NCBI GenBank assembly: GCA_051659845.1
Contig: JBOFPH010000075.1
Span: 97,994-161,993, forward strand
DNA: 64,000 nucleotides
Source: Fimbriiglobus sp.
GTDB taxonomy: Bacteria; Planctomycetota; Planctomycetia; Gemmatales; Gemmataceae
Reading direction: 5' to 3'
In this document: piece after piece, positions 42,565-52,484 of the stretch
How the letters are laid out: each line of letters opens with the position of its first letter
Position numbering within the stretch: position 1 is the first letter of the stretch
Position numbers and translations under genes: made by a program
The notes under the pieces: model-generated
Seen by the model: only the letters and a program-made list of their open reading frames with translations
Databases searched by the model: none
Told to the model about the DNA's origin: nothing

Positions 42565-44688
42565 ATGAGCAACAGCACACCCGCCGAACCTTCCCCGACC
42601 CCGGCACCGACCGTCACCTCCACAGGGTCCATCCCTGTACTCAAAGACGGCGAGCACCACAAACCCCATGATCACCCCCAGTCCTTCTGGCTCTGGATCA
42701 TGTGCCTAACGGGGGTTGATTACTTCAGCACCCTCGGCTACCAACCCTCGATTGCCTACGTCAACGCCGGACTATTGGCCCCATTGGCCACAATTGTTCT
42801 GGTCCTGGTCACGCTCTTTGGAGCGTACCCCGTCTATGCCTTTGTCGCCAAGTGTTCCTCGCAGGGCCAAGGCTCCATCGGGATGCTCGCCAAACTCGTC
42901 TCCGGCTGGGGTGGTAAACTCCTCGTCCTGACGCTGCTCGGCTTCGCCGCGACCGACTTTGTCATCACCAAGACACTGTCTGCTGCGGATGCCGCCAAGC
43001 ACTTGATTGAAAACCCGAACTGGCCCCTCCCAACGGAAGATCACCATGTCCACGAACGGCAACAACTGCTCGTGACCTTCTTCATGCTCGTGGTCTTGGG
43101 TGGCTTCTTCATGCGTGGCTTCCGCGAAGTGATTAGCCTCGCAGTCGGGATTGTCGCGGTTTACCTCGTGGTGAACACGATGGTGATAGGCGCCGGGCTG
43201 GTCTATATCACGGGTCATCCGGAGTTGCTCGACAACTGGTGGGCTGACGTGATTGCTGGCAATTGGCATCTTTCGCATACCCCGATGAACCTCAGTCGGA
43301 CGAGTTTATGGTCACTCCTAGCGGTGGTGATCATTATCTTCCCAAAGCTCGCTTTGGGCTTGAGTGGCTTCGAAACCGGTGTCGCTGTGATGCCACTGAT
43401 TCGTGGCAACACCACGGACACGACGGAAAATCCAGCAGGCAGAATCAAGCGGACGAAGTGGTTGTTGCTCTCCGCGGCACTGATCATGTCCGTAGGCTTG
43501 TTGGGTTCATCGATTGTGGTGAGCACGCTGATTCCGCCCGAAGAACTGCTTTACAAACACCCAGAAAAGCCTGGTGAATACCTGGCTCCCGATGCTTGGG
43601 GGGAAGAGTTCCCGAAACTCACGAAGCCAAAAGCCCCACCCGCCTACGAACGCGCGCTTGCTTATCTCGCTCACGGCGAAGCCCCAACTAAAGGGGTTGC
43701 TCCTTACTTTGGGGCGACATTCGGTACGATCTACGACATTAGCACAGTGGTCATCCTCTGGTTCGCTGGGGCGAGCGCGATGGCCGGGTTATTGAACCTC
43801 GTGCCTAAGTACTTGCCACAGTACGGCATGGCCCCTGAGTGGACTCGAGCCGTTCGACCGCTTGTGTTACTACTCACGGGTATCAATCTCTTCGTGACCT
43901 ATCTCTTTAACGCGGATGTCACGGCTCAAGGCGATGCCTACGCTACGGGTGTGCTCGTACTCATGACCTCAGCAGCCGTGGCGACTGTGATCGAGAAATG
44001 GCGCACAAAGTCTGGCTCGTTCGGAGGCCGGCTTTCGATTCCGTTTCTATTGATAGCCATCGTATTTTGTTACACCACCTTGGCCATCATCTTCGCGAAG
44101 CGCATTCCGACGGGTCTCTTGATTTCGATGTGCTTCATCGGCACGATCATGGCGACTTCCTTTGTGTCACGCATCATGCGAAGCCGAGAGTTGAGATTTG
44201 CCGGATTCAAGCTCAAGAACCCGACTTCGAAATTCCTCTGGGACACGATCCGGCACCTGGAGTTGACCATTCTCGTACCCCACCGGCCTGGCCGGCGCAG
44301 CCTCTCCGAAAAAGAAACGGCCATCCGTAAGGAACACCGGCTTCCGAAAGACCTGATGATAGTTTTCGTGGAAGTCGAGCTTCAGGATGCGAGCGATTTC
44401 GTCAACGAGCCAATCATCGAAATCACCCAGGAAGAAGGCCGATACATCCTGAAAATCACCGGAGCGGCTTCGATCGCCCACACACTCGCAGCCGTCTCGC
44501 TGGAGATGGCCAAACATGGCCAGCCGCCCGAGATTCACTTCGGCTGGACCGACGAAACGCCGTGGACGGGGACACTTGGCTTCTTGCTCTTCGGCGAAGG
44601 GAACGTGCCCTGGATGGTGCGAGAATTGATACGGAATGGTGAGCCGAACCCAGCCAAGCGACCGTTTATCATCATCGCCGGGGCGTAA
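42565..44688 (+). CDS. APC-superfamily-like polytopic membrane transporter with C-terminal cytoplasmic domain
   Basis: About 12 predicted TM helices with Gly-rich segments resembling amino-acid/polyamine permeases. The ~200-aa C-terminal soluble region is unrecognised. Confidence 0.5.
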   Translation: MSNSTPAEPSPTPAPTVTSTGSIPVLKDGEHHKPHDHPQSFWLWIMCLTGVDYFSTLGYQPSIAYVNAGLLAPLATIVLVLVTLFGAYPVYAFVAKCSSQGQGSIGMLAKLVSGWGGKLLVLTLLGFAATDFVITKTLSAADAAKHLIENPNWPLPTEDHHVHERQQLLVTFFMLVVLGGFFMRGFREVISLAVGIVAVYLVVNTMVIGAGLVYITGHPELLDNWWADVIAGNWHLSHTPMNLSRTSLWSLLAVVIIIFPKLALGLSGFETGVAVMPLIRGNTTDTTENPAGRIKRTKWLLLSAALIMSVGLLGSSIVVSTLIPPEELLYKHPEKPGEYLAPDAWGEEFPKLTKPKAPPAYERALAYLAHGEAPTKGVAPYFGATFGTIYDISTVVILWFAGASAMAGLLNLVPKYLPQYGMAPEWTRAVRPLVLLLTGINLFVTYLFNADVTAQGDAYATGVLVLMTSAAVATVIEKWRTKSGSFGGRLSIPFLLIAIVFCYTTLAIIFAKRIPTGLLISMCFIGTIMATSFVSRIMRSRELRFAGFKLKNPTSKFLWDTIRHLELTILVPHRPGRRSLSEKETAIRKEHRLPKDLMIVFVEVELQDASDFVNEPIIEITQEEGRYILKITGAASIAHTLAAVSLEMAKHGQPPEIHFGWTDETPWTGTLGFLLFGEGNVPWMVRELIRNGEPNPAKRPFIIIAGA

Positions 44689-44707
44689 AGACTTGGTAAA
44701 AAGCAAA

Positions 44708-44760
44708 CAGGATTGGCAGGATCAACAGGATCTTTTATCCTGCTAATCTTGCAAATCTTG
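44708..44760. repeat. Second palindromic array of 9-bp CAGGAT-type repeats (3x CAGGATNNN then 3x ATCYTGNNN) between convergent genes
   Basis: caggattgg caggatcaa caggatctt tta tcctgctaa tcttgcaaa tcttgtca read directly. Same repeat family as 18714-18846. Confidence 0.5.
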
Positions 44761-44785
44761 TCATCATCATTTACTTGGTTTCAGA

Positions 44786-45904
44786 CTATTTCTTCACTTG
44801 CAAGGCTTTGTGGTAAGACGACATGGCCTGGTACAAGGCAAAGTAGGCATCCTCATCGTTCTTCGGAGCAGGTCCGAAGCCCATGCCGTACTTCTCCATG
44901 TGGCGAGTGAACTCCGAGACGGTGGCGCCCAGAGTCGTCCAGGTGGGGTTAAAGACACCTTGGAGTTTTTCTTGGGTCGAGAGTTTCGCCAACTGCTCGG
45001 CTTGCTCCCAGAAGCGGATCATCTCACCTGCCTGCTCTAGTGACAGCTCGTGAACCAACGGCTCCGTTTGCGTTTTCGCTTTGTTGATTTCTGTCATCAG
45101 TAAAGTACCTTGTTCGACCGTGATTTTCTTGCTGGCGAGTGCCGAGTCGAGCACAGGGAGCAAGGCACGGTCGACACTCATTCGCACACTCGTCCACTCG
45201 GGGACATTCAGTGCTGAAGGCCAGGGGTTCTTGCCGAGGCGCAGGAAGTTGACGATCTCGCTGGCGGGTGTTGAGTCAAACTGCACATGGCCAATCAACT
45301 CCCCAGCCAGAAGCTGCGAATCGGCCTTGGTGCCTTTGGCGTGAAGAGTACGGATTTCTTTTGCGAGTGCATTCAAGGCTTGGCCCGAAATGACATCCGC
45401 ATCGGTCACAACAGGTGCGTTCGGATCGGGTCGCTCGAACGGGTTCTTCTGGTTGGCTTCACGAATTCGCTGATCCGCAATCAACTTGCGGGCTTCGATG
45501 TCGTTGCCTCCACGTTGACCCCCCGCGGCTCGGAGGAGGCGGAGTTGCTCTTGGACGATCGGGTTCTTGGCCGGGTCGTTGGGAACTGCCGCGATGCCCG
45601 TCACACCACCCATCAACTGGGAGCCGGCATATTGGTACGCTCCCAGGGACGCCGCCCGCAAGGCAACAGGATTAAATGGACCAGCGTAGGAGTACCCGAC
45701 GACCGCATACCCTGGCACCCCAGTCACAGGGTTTGTGTACGCGGCTCCGAATGTCGCCCCCGAGTAGTACATCAGCCCGACTTGTTGGCCAGTGCGTGGA
45801 TTGGAGTAATAAATGCCAGGTCGAATCCCAAAAGGAAGCTGAGCTTGGCTGGCCCCCGCGAAGGCCATCAACGCCGCGAGGGACAAGAAAACTCGACGAA
45901 ACAT
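44786..45904 (-). CDS. Secreted hypothetical protein
   Basis: Signal peptide MFRRVFLSLAALMAFAGASQA (internal Met chosen). Gly/Tyr-rich N-region, then a helical region. No motif recognised. Confidence 0.5.
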   Translation of the reverse strand: MFRRVFLSLAALMAFAGASQAQLPFGIRPGIYYSNPRTGQQVGLMYYSGATFGAAYTNPVTGVPGYAVVGYSYAGPFNPVALRAASLGAYQYAGSQLMGGVTGIAAVPNDPAKNPIVQEQLRLLRAAGGQRGGNDIEARKLIADQRIREANQKNPFERPDPNAPVVTDADVISGQALNALAKEIRTLHAKGTKADSQLLAGELIGHVQFDSTPASEIVNFLRLGKNPWPSALNVPEWTSVRMSVDRALLPVLDSALASKKITVEQGTLLMTEINKAKTQTEPLVHELSLEQAGEMIRFWEQAEQLAKLSTQEKLQGVFNPTWTTLGATVSEFTRHMEKYGMGFGPAPKNDEDAYFALYQAMSSYHKALQVKK

Positions 45905-46032
45905 GATAAATCTCCTGGATGCTTGAAAAGCTCTTCCGCATCCTCGCGGCAGTAAAACCACACCATTCTATACAGGCTCTTCGTTCGAATTCTTACGTTC
46001 TTGTCCCGTTCTCCTTGGTCTTTCCTTTTTGG

Positions 46033-47028
46033 CTAAACCCGAATGGTGATCTTGCCGGAGAGCGTACCCACTTTGCCGAGGGTGTTGGTTTGTTGTAGGC
46101 GATGGGCTTCGATACCTTCGGCCAGCGAAAACTCGGGTCCGAGCAGTGCTTTCAGTTGGCCGTTGGCCACGAGGCGGTTGATGTCGTCCGCACACTTTCG
46201 CTGCTCGGCCGGCGGCAAGTTGAACATGGCGAAGCCGTAGAGCGACAGACCTTTAACGTAGAACGGCCCGTTCGGGAACACGGGTCGTGCCCCTCGCCCG
46301 GCCATGACGACAACGCGACCATAAGGCGCCATCATCTCGACGGTCTTATCGAAATCGGTCGGCGGTTGGGTCTCGTAAAAGACATCGACTCCCTTTCCGG
46401 CCGTGGCTTCCTTGACACCTGCGACGAGGTCATCGGTCTTGTAATTCAAGACGATGTCCGCCCCAAGTTGTTTGGCCAATTCCGCTTTTTCAGCACTGCT
46501 GACGGTGGTAATCACTTTCGCCCCGGTCGCTTTGGCCATCTGCACGACGCACGACCCGACGCCGCCCGTCCCACCGTGAACGAAGACCGTTTCCCCCGCT
46601 TTCAAATTGACTCGAAAGTACAGCCCGAGGTGAGCGGTGATCCCCACGAGGGCGAGCGCCGCCATCGTGCGGTCCTCGGCGTTCGTAGGAGTCGGGTAGG
46701 TGTAATCTTCGTGCGGGCAGACATACTCTGCGAACGTCCCGGGCCGACCGAGCATCCCCTGATTCGACCCCCAGACGCGATCGCCCACACGAAACCGCGT
46801 GACACCGTCACCGATGGCTTCGACCACTCCGGCAAAGTCTGACCCCGTGATCGCCGGGAACTTTAGCGGCATATTCACTAAGCCGGCACGAATGTAGGTG
46901 TCGACGGGGTTGATCGCGGCTGTCTTCACCCGAACGAGTACCTCGCCCGATTGCGGTTCAGGGGTGGGGTAATCCCCTTGGGTCAGAACTTCCGGCTCAC
47001 CAGTCTGAGAAAAGTAGACGGCCTTCAT
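46033..47028 (-). CDS. NADPH:quinone oxidoreductase / zinc-type alcohol dehydrogenase-like (MDR) protein
   Basis: …GEVLVRVKTAAINPVDTYIRAGL… and the Rossmann motif …VHGGTGGVGSCVVQMAKATGAKVI…. Confidence 0.85.
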   Translation of the reverse strand: MKAVYFSQTGEPEVLTQGDYPTPEPQSGEVLVRVKTAAINPVDTYIRAGLVNMPLKFPAITGSDFAGVVEAIGDGVTRFRVGDRVWGSNQGMLGRPGTFAEYVCPHEDYTYPTPTNAEDRTMAALALVGITAHLGLYFRVNLKAGETVFVHGGTGGVGSCVVQMAKATGAKVITTVSSAEKAELAKQLGADIVLNYKTDDLVAGVKEATAGKGVDVFYETQPPTDFDKTVEMMAPYGRVVVMAGRGARPVFPNGPFYVKGLSLYGFAMFNLPPAEQRKCADDINRLVANGQLKALLGPEFSLAEGIEAHRLQQTNTLGKVGTLSGKITIRV

Positions 47029-47101
47029 CGGCGCGGCTCCACGAGAGGGTAGAAGAGATGTAGATCAAGATACAGAACACGCCTCATGAGAAAGCCCGGG
47101 T

Positions 47102-47701
47102 ATGGAACTCGACCCCAAGACTACCGATGCCTACCCGTTTCTCACGGGCATTGTCACACCACGGCCGATCGCCTGGATCACGACCATCTCCCCAACGGGA
47201 GTCGTGAACTTGGCTCCGTACAGCTTCTTCAATGTCTTTGGTGACAAGCCCGCGATTGTGGTGTTTTCACCCAACTTGAAGCCCGACGGCACTAAGAAAG
47301 ACACCCACCGTAACATCGATGCCAACGGCGAATTCGTGATCAACGCTTCCGTGACCGCTTTGGCCGAAGCTGTGAACATCACCTCAAAAGGGTTGCGTTA
47401 CGAAGAAAGCGAACTGTTGCTGACCCCGCTGACGACGCTTCCCAGCCGGGTCGTGAAGCCGCCTCGAATCGCAGAATCCCCGGCTCATCTCGAATGTCGG
47501 CTTCGGGAGATTCAGTCCTTTGGCAGCCATGGCGGGGCACCAAACCTCGTCATTGGCGAGGTGGTGATGATTCACATCGACGACGCGAAGCTCACGAACG
47601 GCTTACCTGATCCACACAAACTCCAGACCATCGGCCGCATGGGCAACACCTTCTGGACTCGCACCGCCGATGGGCTTTTCGAACAAGAACGACCGACTTG
47701 A
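47102..47701 (+). CDS. Flavin reductase-like FMN-binding domain protein
   Basis: …LTGIVTPRPIAWITTISPTGVVNLAPYSFFNVFGDKPAIVVFS… fits the flavin-reductase-like domain. Confidence 0.8.
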   Translation: MELDPKTTDAYPFLTGIVTPRPIAWITTISPTGVVNLAPYSFFNVFGDKPAIVVFSPNLKPDGTKKDTHRNIDANGEFVINASVTALAEAVNITSKGLRYEESELLLTPLTTLPSRVVKPPRIAESPAHLECRLREIQSFGSHGGAPNLVIGEVVMIHIDDAKLTNGLPDPHKLQTIGRMGNTFWTRTADGLFEQERPT

Positions 47702-47710
47702 GATCACTCC

Positions 47711-48181
47711 ATGAATATGCAACCCACCACTCCCGAAGAGACACTCTCACTCTGCCAGTTGGCCGAGGCCACGGGGGTTTTTAAACCCCATGAGATCGTC
47801 GCACTTCACGAAGTATTAGACGACTACCACGACACCAACCACGAATATGGCCACAGGGCCTTAACAGCCCACGACGCGGGGCAGATCGTCGGCTTCGTCT
47901 ACTTTGCCCCGACCGCGATGACCGACCGCACCTGGGAACTCTGGTGGATCGCCGTGGACCCGACGCTGCACGGCCGAGGCTACGGCCAGAAGATGCTCGC
48001 CGTGGTCGAAGCCGAAGCGAAAGCCCAGGACGCTCGCATCCTGCTGATCGAAACGAGTTCCACCCCCGCGTACATTCCCACTCGGCGCTTCTACGAGAAA
48101 GCAGGCTATACGATCGTCGCCGAAATCCCCGACTTCTATTCCGATGGCGACGGTAAGGTGATCTCCAGCAAACGGATGTGA
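47711..48181 (+). CDS. GNAT-family N-acetyltransferase
   Basis: Acetyl-CoA binding motif …WWIAVDPTLHGRGYGQKMLAVVE…, followed by …RFYEKAGY…. Confidence 0.8.
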   Translation: MNMQPTTPEETLSLCQLAEATGVFKPHEIVALHEVLDDYHDTNHEYGHRALTAHDAGQIVGFVYFAPTAMTDRTWELWWIAVDPTLHGRGYGQKMLAVVEAEAKAQDARILLIETSSTPAYIPTRRFYEKAGYTIVAEIPDFYSDGDGKVISSKRM

Positions 48182-48189
48182 AGTCCTTC

Positions 48190-49092
48190 TCAGGCGCGGG
48201 GGTGAGCGCTGTGATAACTTTTTTGCAATCGCTGAGTCGAAATGTGTGTGTAGATCTGTGTGGTTGTGAGGCTCTTGTGGCCGAGGAGTTCTTGCACTCC
48301 ACGCAATTCTGCCCCCGCATCGAGCATGTGGGTTGCAAAGCTGTGACGGAGCGTGTGCGGGGTGGTGCGTGGGTCGAGGCCCGCGAGCTGAAGGTATTTT
48401 TCCAATAGCCGGCCAATGCTTCGAGAGGTAATTCGGCTGCCGTGGCAATTCAAGAAGACAGCATCGGTGGGTACACCGACGCGGTTCAAAATCGTCTGTC
48501 GTTCTGCGAGCCAGTTCTTGATCGCTTGAATCGCCGGTTCGCCAAGTAAGGCCAGCCGCTCTTTCTTGCCTTTCCCACGGACGACGATGACTCCTTCGCT
48601 CAGATCCATATCCGCGAGATTCAACCCCACCAACTCCGAGACCCGTAAACCCGCAGAATACAGGGTTTCCAGCCAGGCTTTGTCGCGGAGGCCGAGTTCA
48701 TCAGGACTGGGGGTGGCCAGGAGCTTTTGGACTTCATCCCAGGTCAGGAAGTGTGGCAGCTTCTGGTCGAGCCGTGGTCCACGTAGAGATTCCGCCGGGT
48801 TCGAAGCCATCAACCCTTCGCGGCAGAGGTACTTCCCGAAGGCCCGTATCGCCGCCATCCGGCGGGCGATCGTGCTCTTGGCGTAACCTTGAGTGTGGAG
48901 CCAAGCCATCAGCCCACGCAGCGAACGCACGGTCCAATCTTTGGTGGTCGTTGAGGGTTGTTGAGTCTGGTTGCGAAGATATTCGAGGGCTTGAGTGAGG
49001 TCTTCTCGGTAGGATTTCACAGTCTGATGGGAAGAGTTTTTCTCGACCCCGAGATGCATTAAAAAATCAGCGAGGGATTGTTCGAGCGTCAA
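48190..49092 (-). CDS. Tyrosine recombinase XerC/XerD family
   Basis: N-terminal core-binding domain (…FLMHLGVEKNSSHQTVKSYREDL…). Catalytic box …HTLRHSFATHMLDAGAELRGVQELLGHKSLTTTQIYTHI…. No flanking cargo or att-like repeats seen. Confidence 0.9.
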   Translation of the reverse strand: MTLEQSLADFLMHLGVEKNSSHQTVKSYREDLTQALEYLRNQTQQPSTTTKDWTVRSLRGLMAWLHTQGYAKSTIARRMAAIRAFGKYLCREGLMASNPAESLRGPRLDQKLPHFLTWDEVQKLLATPSPDELGLRDKAWLETLYSAGLRVSELVGLNLADMDLSEGVIVVRGKGKKERLALLGEPAIQAIKNWLAERQTILNRVGVPTDAVFLNCHGSRITSRSIGRLLEKYLQLAGLDPRTTPHTLRHSFATHMLDAGAELRGVQELLGHKSLTTTQIYTHISTQRLQKSYHSAHPRA

Positions 49093-49101
49093 GGGTGAAT
49101 C

Positions 49102-49326
49102 TCATATTAGATCTCGATCATCCGTGCCGTCCGTGGCGGAGACGCCGAGGGGTTTTTGTTTCGCTCGCTCCGTCAGAACGGCCGCATCGAACCAGTTGAA
49201 CGCCGTGTCCGAGTCTGCGGCACAGTTGCGAATCGACGCAATCACTTCGTCCCGGCTTTCGTCATCGAAGACGAAAATGAAGCGCTCTTCTCCTTTGAAA
49301 AGAGCCAGGACGTTGAGGTCTTGCAT
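49102..49326 (-). CDS. Small hypothetical protein (74 aa) 9 nt upstream of the recombinase
   Basis: ORF only. Acidic, with no motif recognised. Tight spacing with xerC/D suggests co-transcription. Confidence 0.3.
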   Translation of the reverse strand: MQDLNVLALFKGEERFIFVFDDESRDEVIASIRNCAADSDTAFNWFDAAVLTERAKQKPLGVSATDGTDDRDLI

Positions 49327-49528
49327 CGTCTTGGACTCCGCGAAAGGTCATCCATTTCCTCGGCAATTGAGTGCATGCAAATCAGGCGATTCAGGTGGTG
49401 ATCGGGTTGCTTTTCAAAACGCGGACTGCCATCCGGCACAGCCCGCAAAACCGGAATGAATGAAGTGAGATACCCCAGACAACAAATCGTCCTAAGATGA
49501 CGAGACTCGTACTAGGAAACTCACCCGC

Positions 49529-49966
49529 ATGACTCGGCGTTCCAAAGCTCGTGAAGTGGCGTTGCAACTGCTCTTCCAAATGGATCAAAACGCGGTCCCC
49601 GTGCCCCGCGTGGCGATCAATAAGTTCGTCCACGAACGCCTGCAAGACGACGCTTCCGAGGACTTCGCTTTCGCGCTTTATGACGGTGTCATCAAGCACC
49701 AAAAAGAGATTGACGAAATCCTCACCAAGACCGCAGAGAAATGGCGGCTGACGCGGATGATGCCAGTGGACCGCAATGTTTTGCGGATGGGAGCTTTCGA
49801 GCTTTTGCATAACCCCGAGCCAATGCCGACCGCCATCGTCATCAACGAAGCCATCGAGTTGGCTCGCCGATTTGCCACGGACGACTCGCCGAGTTTCGTG
49901 AACGGAATCCTCGATAAGATCGCACAATCTCGGGTCAAGCCGAGTGCCTCGGAGAGCGCGTCCTGA
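49529..49966 (+). CDS. nusB: Transcription antitermination factor NusB
   Basis: …RRSKAREVALQLLFQMDQN… and …EKWRLTRMMPVDRNVLRMGAFELLH…. Confidence 0.9.
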   Translation: MTRRSKAREVALQLLFQMDQNAVPVPRVAINKFVHERLQDDASEDFAFALYDGVIKHQKEIDEILTKTAEKWRLTRMMPVDRNVLRMGAFELLHNPEPMPTAIVINEAIELARRFATDDSPSFVNGILDKIAQSRVKPSASESAS

Positions 49967-50856
49967 TGCCTCGCGGCTCGCCGTTTACTGCTCTTTGTCA
50001 GGCTCTGGCCGCTCGTTCTCAGCCTGTCTGGGTGAACCTGCACTCCCACACGACTGCGAGTGATGGCGATCTCTCACCCACCGCGCTCGTGGCCAAGGCC
50101 CAGGCCGCGGGGCTGAAAATCCTGGCCATCACAGACCATGACACCGTGGCCGGCGTTACAGCACTGCCGAAGAGTCTGCCGATTCAAATTGTGCCAGGCG
50201 TCGAATGGACGGCCGAGTGGCACTCCCGCGAGTGGCATATTCTGGGCCTGAACCTCGACATCCAGCATCCTCAACTTCTCCAACAACTCGCGGATGTCTC
50301 GCGCCGACGTCGAGAGCGCTGTGCCGCGATTCTGGATGCACTGGCCGGACAAGACATCCACTTCCACGATCGCGAAGCACTTTTTTCGTCAGCAACCAGC
50401 CTGGGTCGCCGGCACATCGCCGGTTGGTTGGTCACGGCCGGGCATGCAGTCAACCGAGCCGAGGCCTTTCGTCGGTATCTCACCCCCATTTTGCCGACGA
50501 TTGTTCCGCGGCACTTTACTCCCCTCAAAACCGTCTGCACGAATATCCACGACGCAGGAGGAGTGGCGGTGCTGGCTCATCCGCCGGGGGAAGTCGATCG
50601 GGCGTTGCTGGCTGACATGCAAAAGCTTGGGTTGGATGGCGTCGAAATCAGTCATCCGAGTCTGAAGTTGAGTCGGCAGGTGGAATTGAAGCATTGGGCT
50701 AAAGAACTCGGCTTACTTTGGACCGCCGGAACAGACTTCCACGATCCTGAATCGCACTCGCTGACGAGCCATGGACTCAGTCAAGCGGACTGGGCTGAAC
50801 TTGAGCGAAACTGGCAAGCTAGGTCAGGAAAATCCCCAAATCTCGTCTCGCTCTGA
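49966..50856 (+). CDS. PHP-domain metal-dependent phosphoesterase
   Basis: …VNLHSHTTASDGDLSP…LAITDHDTVAG…VLAHP…. The start overlaps the nusB stop (TGATG). Confidence 0.8.
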   Translation: MPRGSPFTALCQALAARSQPVWVNLHSHTTASDGDLSPTALVAKAQAAGLKILAITDHDTVAGVTALPKSLPIQIVPGVEWTAEWHSREWHILGLNLDIQHPQLLQQLADVSRRRRERCAAILDALAGQDIHFHDREALFSSATSLGRRHIAGWLVTAGHAVNRAEAFRRYLTPILPTIVPRHFTPLKTVCTNIHDAGGVAVLAHPPGEVDRALLADMQKLGLDGVEISHPSLKLSRQVELKHWAKELGLLWTAGTDFHDPESHSLTSHGLSQADWAELERNWQARSGKSPNLVSL

Positions 50857-51076
50857 CATCTCGGCGGCTTCCGCTCATTGCACCCAGGCTACCTCGGTTA
50901 CCGGTTGCTGCAACTCTCGGGAATGCGATCCGTCCAGAGTCTGAACTCTTCAGTTCTTTACGACGATCCACGGGCACGTCTGCCTTTCATCGTGCAATGT
51001 GAGATATCCCGGAATCTCTGTTGGCTCCCGTGGGGACCGCCCGGGCATGGATTTAGCGAAAGGAATCGGACCAGTC

Positions 51077-51865
51077 ATGAAACGGATGATTCTGGCCATG
51101 CTGTTGGCCGGGTCAGCTCTGCTGACAAGCCAAGAGGCGAGCGCCCAAGGCTACCCGAAGCACCTCGGTTGTGGTGGCTTCTGCTTCAAGTTCCTGGGCG
51201 GCCTGCACATGCACGGCCCCTTGTACAACTACGGCCCGTACTCGGGCTACTACCCATTTGAGCCGTACGGCCCCTGGAACTCGCAACTGCAATACACCGG
51301 CCCGATGCCGGGTAATCCTGGTTGCGGCTGGAATGGCCTCTGCGGTGGTCGTGGTTGTGGCGCTGCCGGTGGCTGTGGAGCCGTTGGTGGTTGCGGATCG
51401 ACAGCAGGCTGCGGTGCGGGTGGCTGCGGCCTGAGCCTCAATGGTGGGTTCGCTCTCGGGCTGGGCGGCGCAAGCTGCGGCCAAGGGCTGGGCGGCAACT
51501 GTAGTCAGGGTTTGGGTCACGGTCTCGGGATGAGCCACGGTCTCTTCCAAGGCTTCCACCGCGCCACCTCCACGGCCTGCGATTCCGGATGCAACCCTGG
51601 CTTCGGCAGCAAGGCCAAAGCCTTCTTCTCTAACATCTTCGAGCGATCTCACCCACTCTGCCGCAAGGCGAAGATCGCCACCGGTTGCAGCGCAGCTCCA
51701 AGCTGTGCGACGGCTCCTGCACCTGTCGGTTGCGGCACGCCTGTGACCTCCGGTTGCGGCGGTGGCTGCTCCGCGTCGGCTGTCGGCGTGGGTCAACTTG
51801 AGACCGTTTTGCTCACCGGCGTGATCCTGACGCCTGAATCGAGCCAGTTCCGCCGGGAACGATAA
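51077..51865 (+). CDS. Secreted Cys/Gly-rich protein with a (G-C-G-A-x)n pentapeptide repeat core
   Basis: Signal peptide MKRMILAMLLAGSALLTSQEASA. Tyr/Pro/Gly-rich segment (LYNYGPYSGYYPFEPYGPW). Then GCGWNGLCGGRGCGAAGGCGAVGGCGSTAGCGAGGCG, with more Cys after. About 30 Cys in total. Confidence 0.55.
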   Translation: MKRMILAMLLAGSALLTSQEASAQGYPKHLGCGGFCFKFLGGLHMHGPLYNYGPYSGYYPFEPYGPWNSQLQYTGPMPGNPGCGWNGLCGGRGCGAAGGCGAVGGCGSTAGCGAGGCGLSLNGGFALGLGGASCGQGLGGNCSQGLGHGLGMSHGLFQGFHRATSTACDSGCNPGFGSKAKAFFSNIFERSHPLCRKAKIATGCSAAPSCATAPAPVGCGTPVTSGCGGGCSASAVGVGQLETVLLTGVILTPESSQFRRER

Positions 51866-52033
51866 ACGCCACGATTGTGGCTAGGAAACGCTTCCAATCG
51901 TGCCTCAACATCGAAAAAACAGCTTCCCGATGGTCGCAAATCATCGACCATCGGGCATGTTAGAAGTGGACTATCCCTGGCTTACGAAGTGCTTCGTAGG
52001 CCCCGTTTCATGGACCGAAACACGAGAGAGATC

Positions 52034-52333
52034 ATGAAGAAGTTGTTCTTGGCTTTGGCCGCTGCAGTGGCTCTGATGTCTGGTGTCAATGTCGCCTCGG
52101 CCAACGGTTGCCCCGGTGGCCCGTTCTGCCAACAGCCTGGCCCACGCATTCCATTCTTCCGCAACACCCCCGTGCCTGCTTTCCAAGCCGCACCGTGGTA
52201 CATGTACTTCCCGTACAACGGCCACTTCCAAACCCCAGCCCCTGTGTACGGTGCCTTCTACGCTCCCCCAATGGGCGGCGCTGGCATGATGAACCCCTAC
52301 TTCCCAGCTCCTCAGCAAATGCCTGGACGCTAA
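52034..52333 (+). CDS. Small secreted Tyr/Pro/Phe-rich protein (99 aa), compositionally related to the N-region of the upstream Cys/Gly-rich protein
   Basis: Start ATG 52034 after a GAGAGAG RBS. Signal peptide MKKLFLALAAAVALMSGVNVASA. Then CPGGPFCQQPGPRIPFFRNTPVPAFQAAPWYMYFPYNGHFQTPAPVYGAFYAPPMGGAGMMNPYFPAP. Confidence 0.45.
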   Translation: MKKLFLALAAAVALMSGVNVASANGCPGGPFCQQPGPRIPFFRNTPVPAFQAAPWYMYFPYNGHFQTPAPVYGAFYAPPMGGAGMMNPYFPAPQQMPGR

Positions 52334-52379
52334 GCGACTATCATCTGACCTTCGAATCGAATTCGAGGGCATTATCTCG

Positions 52380-52420
52380 CACCCGTGAGCAGTTCTTCGG
52401 AACGATCACGGGTGTTTTTC
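52380..52420 (+). terminator. Rho-independent terminator: 9-bp perfect stem, 16-nt loop, then a TTTTT tract
   Basis: cacccgtga-(16 nt)-tcacgggtg followed by tttttc, read directly. Lies 47 nt after the stop of the small secreted protein gene. Confidence 0.6.
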
Positions 52421-52426
52421 ATTCCA

Positions 52427-52438
52427 GTGAGGTATAAT
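52427..52438 (+). promoter_or_regulatory. Candidate promoter -10 element GTGAGGTATAAT, 47 nt upstream of the FHA gene
   Basis: Identical 12-mer to 10485-10496. Sits immediately downstream of the terminator. Confidence 0.35.
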
Positions 52439-52484
52439 ACCCTCGTTCAAATTTGATCTTTATTCACTGGTTGCGAGAAGGAAC

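Noticed and set aside
45890-45905. Apparent 1-nt discrepancy between my hand reading of the sequence and the ORF-track frames around 45.9 kb
   Set aside because: Most likely my own transcription error in a T-run. The ORF track is treated as authoritative, and feature coordinates there were derived by codon arithmetic from track coordinates.
48190-49092. Tyrosine recombinase as marker of an integrated mobile element or integron
   Set aside because: The family looks XerC/XerD-like, with no integron-integrase extra domain. No flanking direct repeats, tRNA target, phage or cargo genes. The neighbours are housekeeping genes (nusB, GNAT, QOR).
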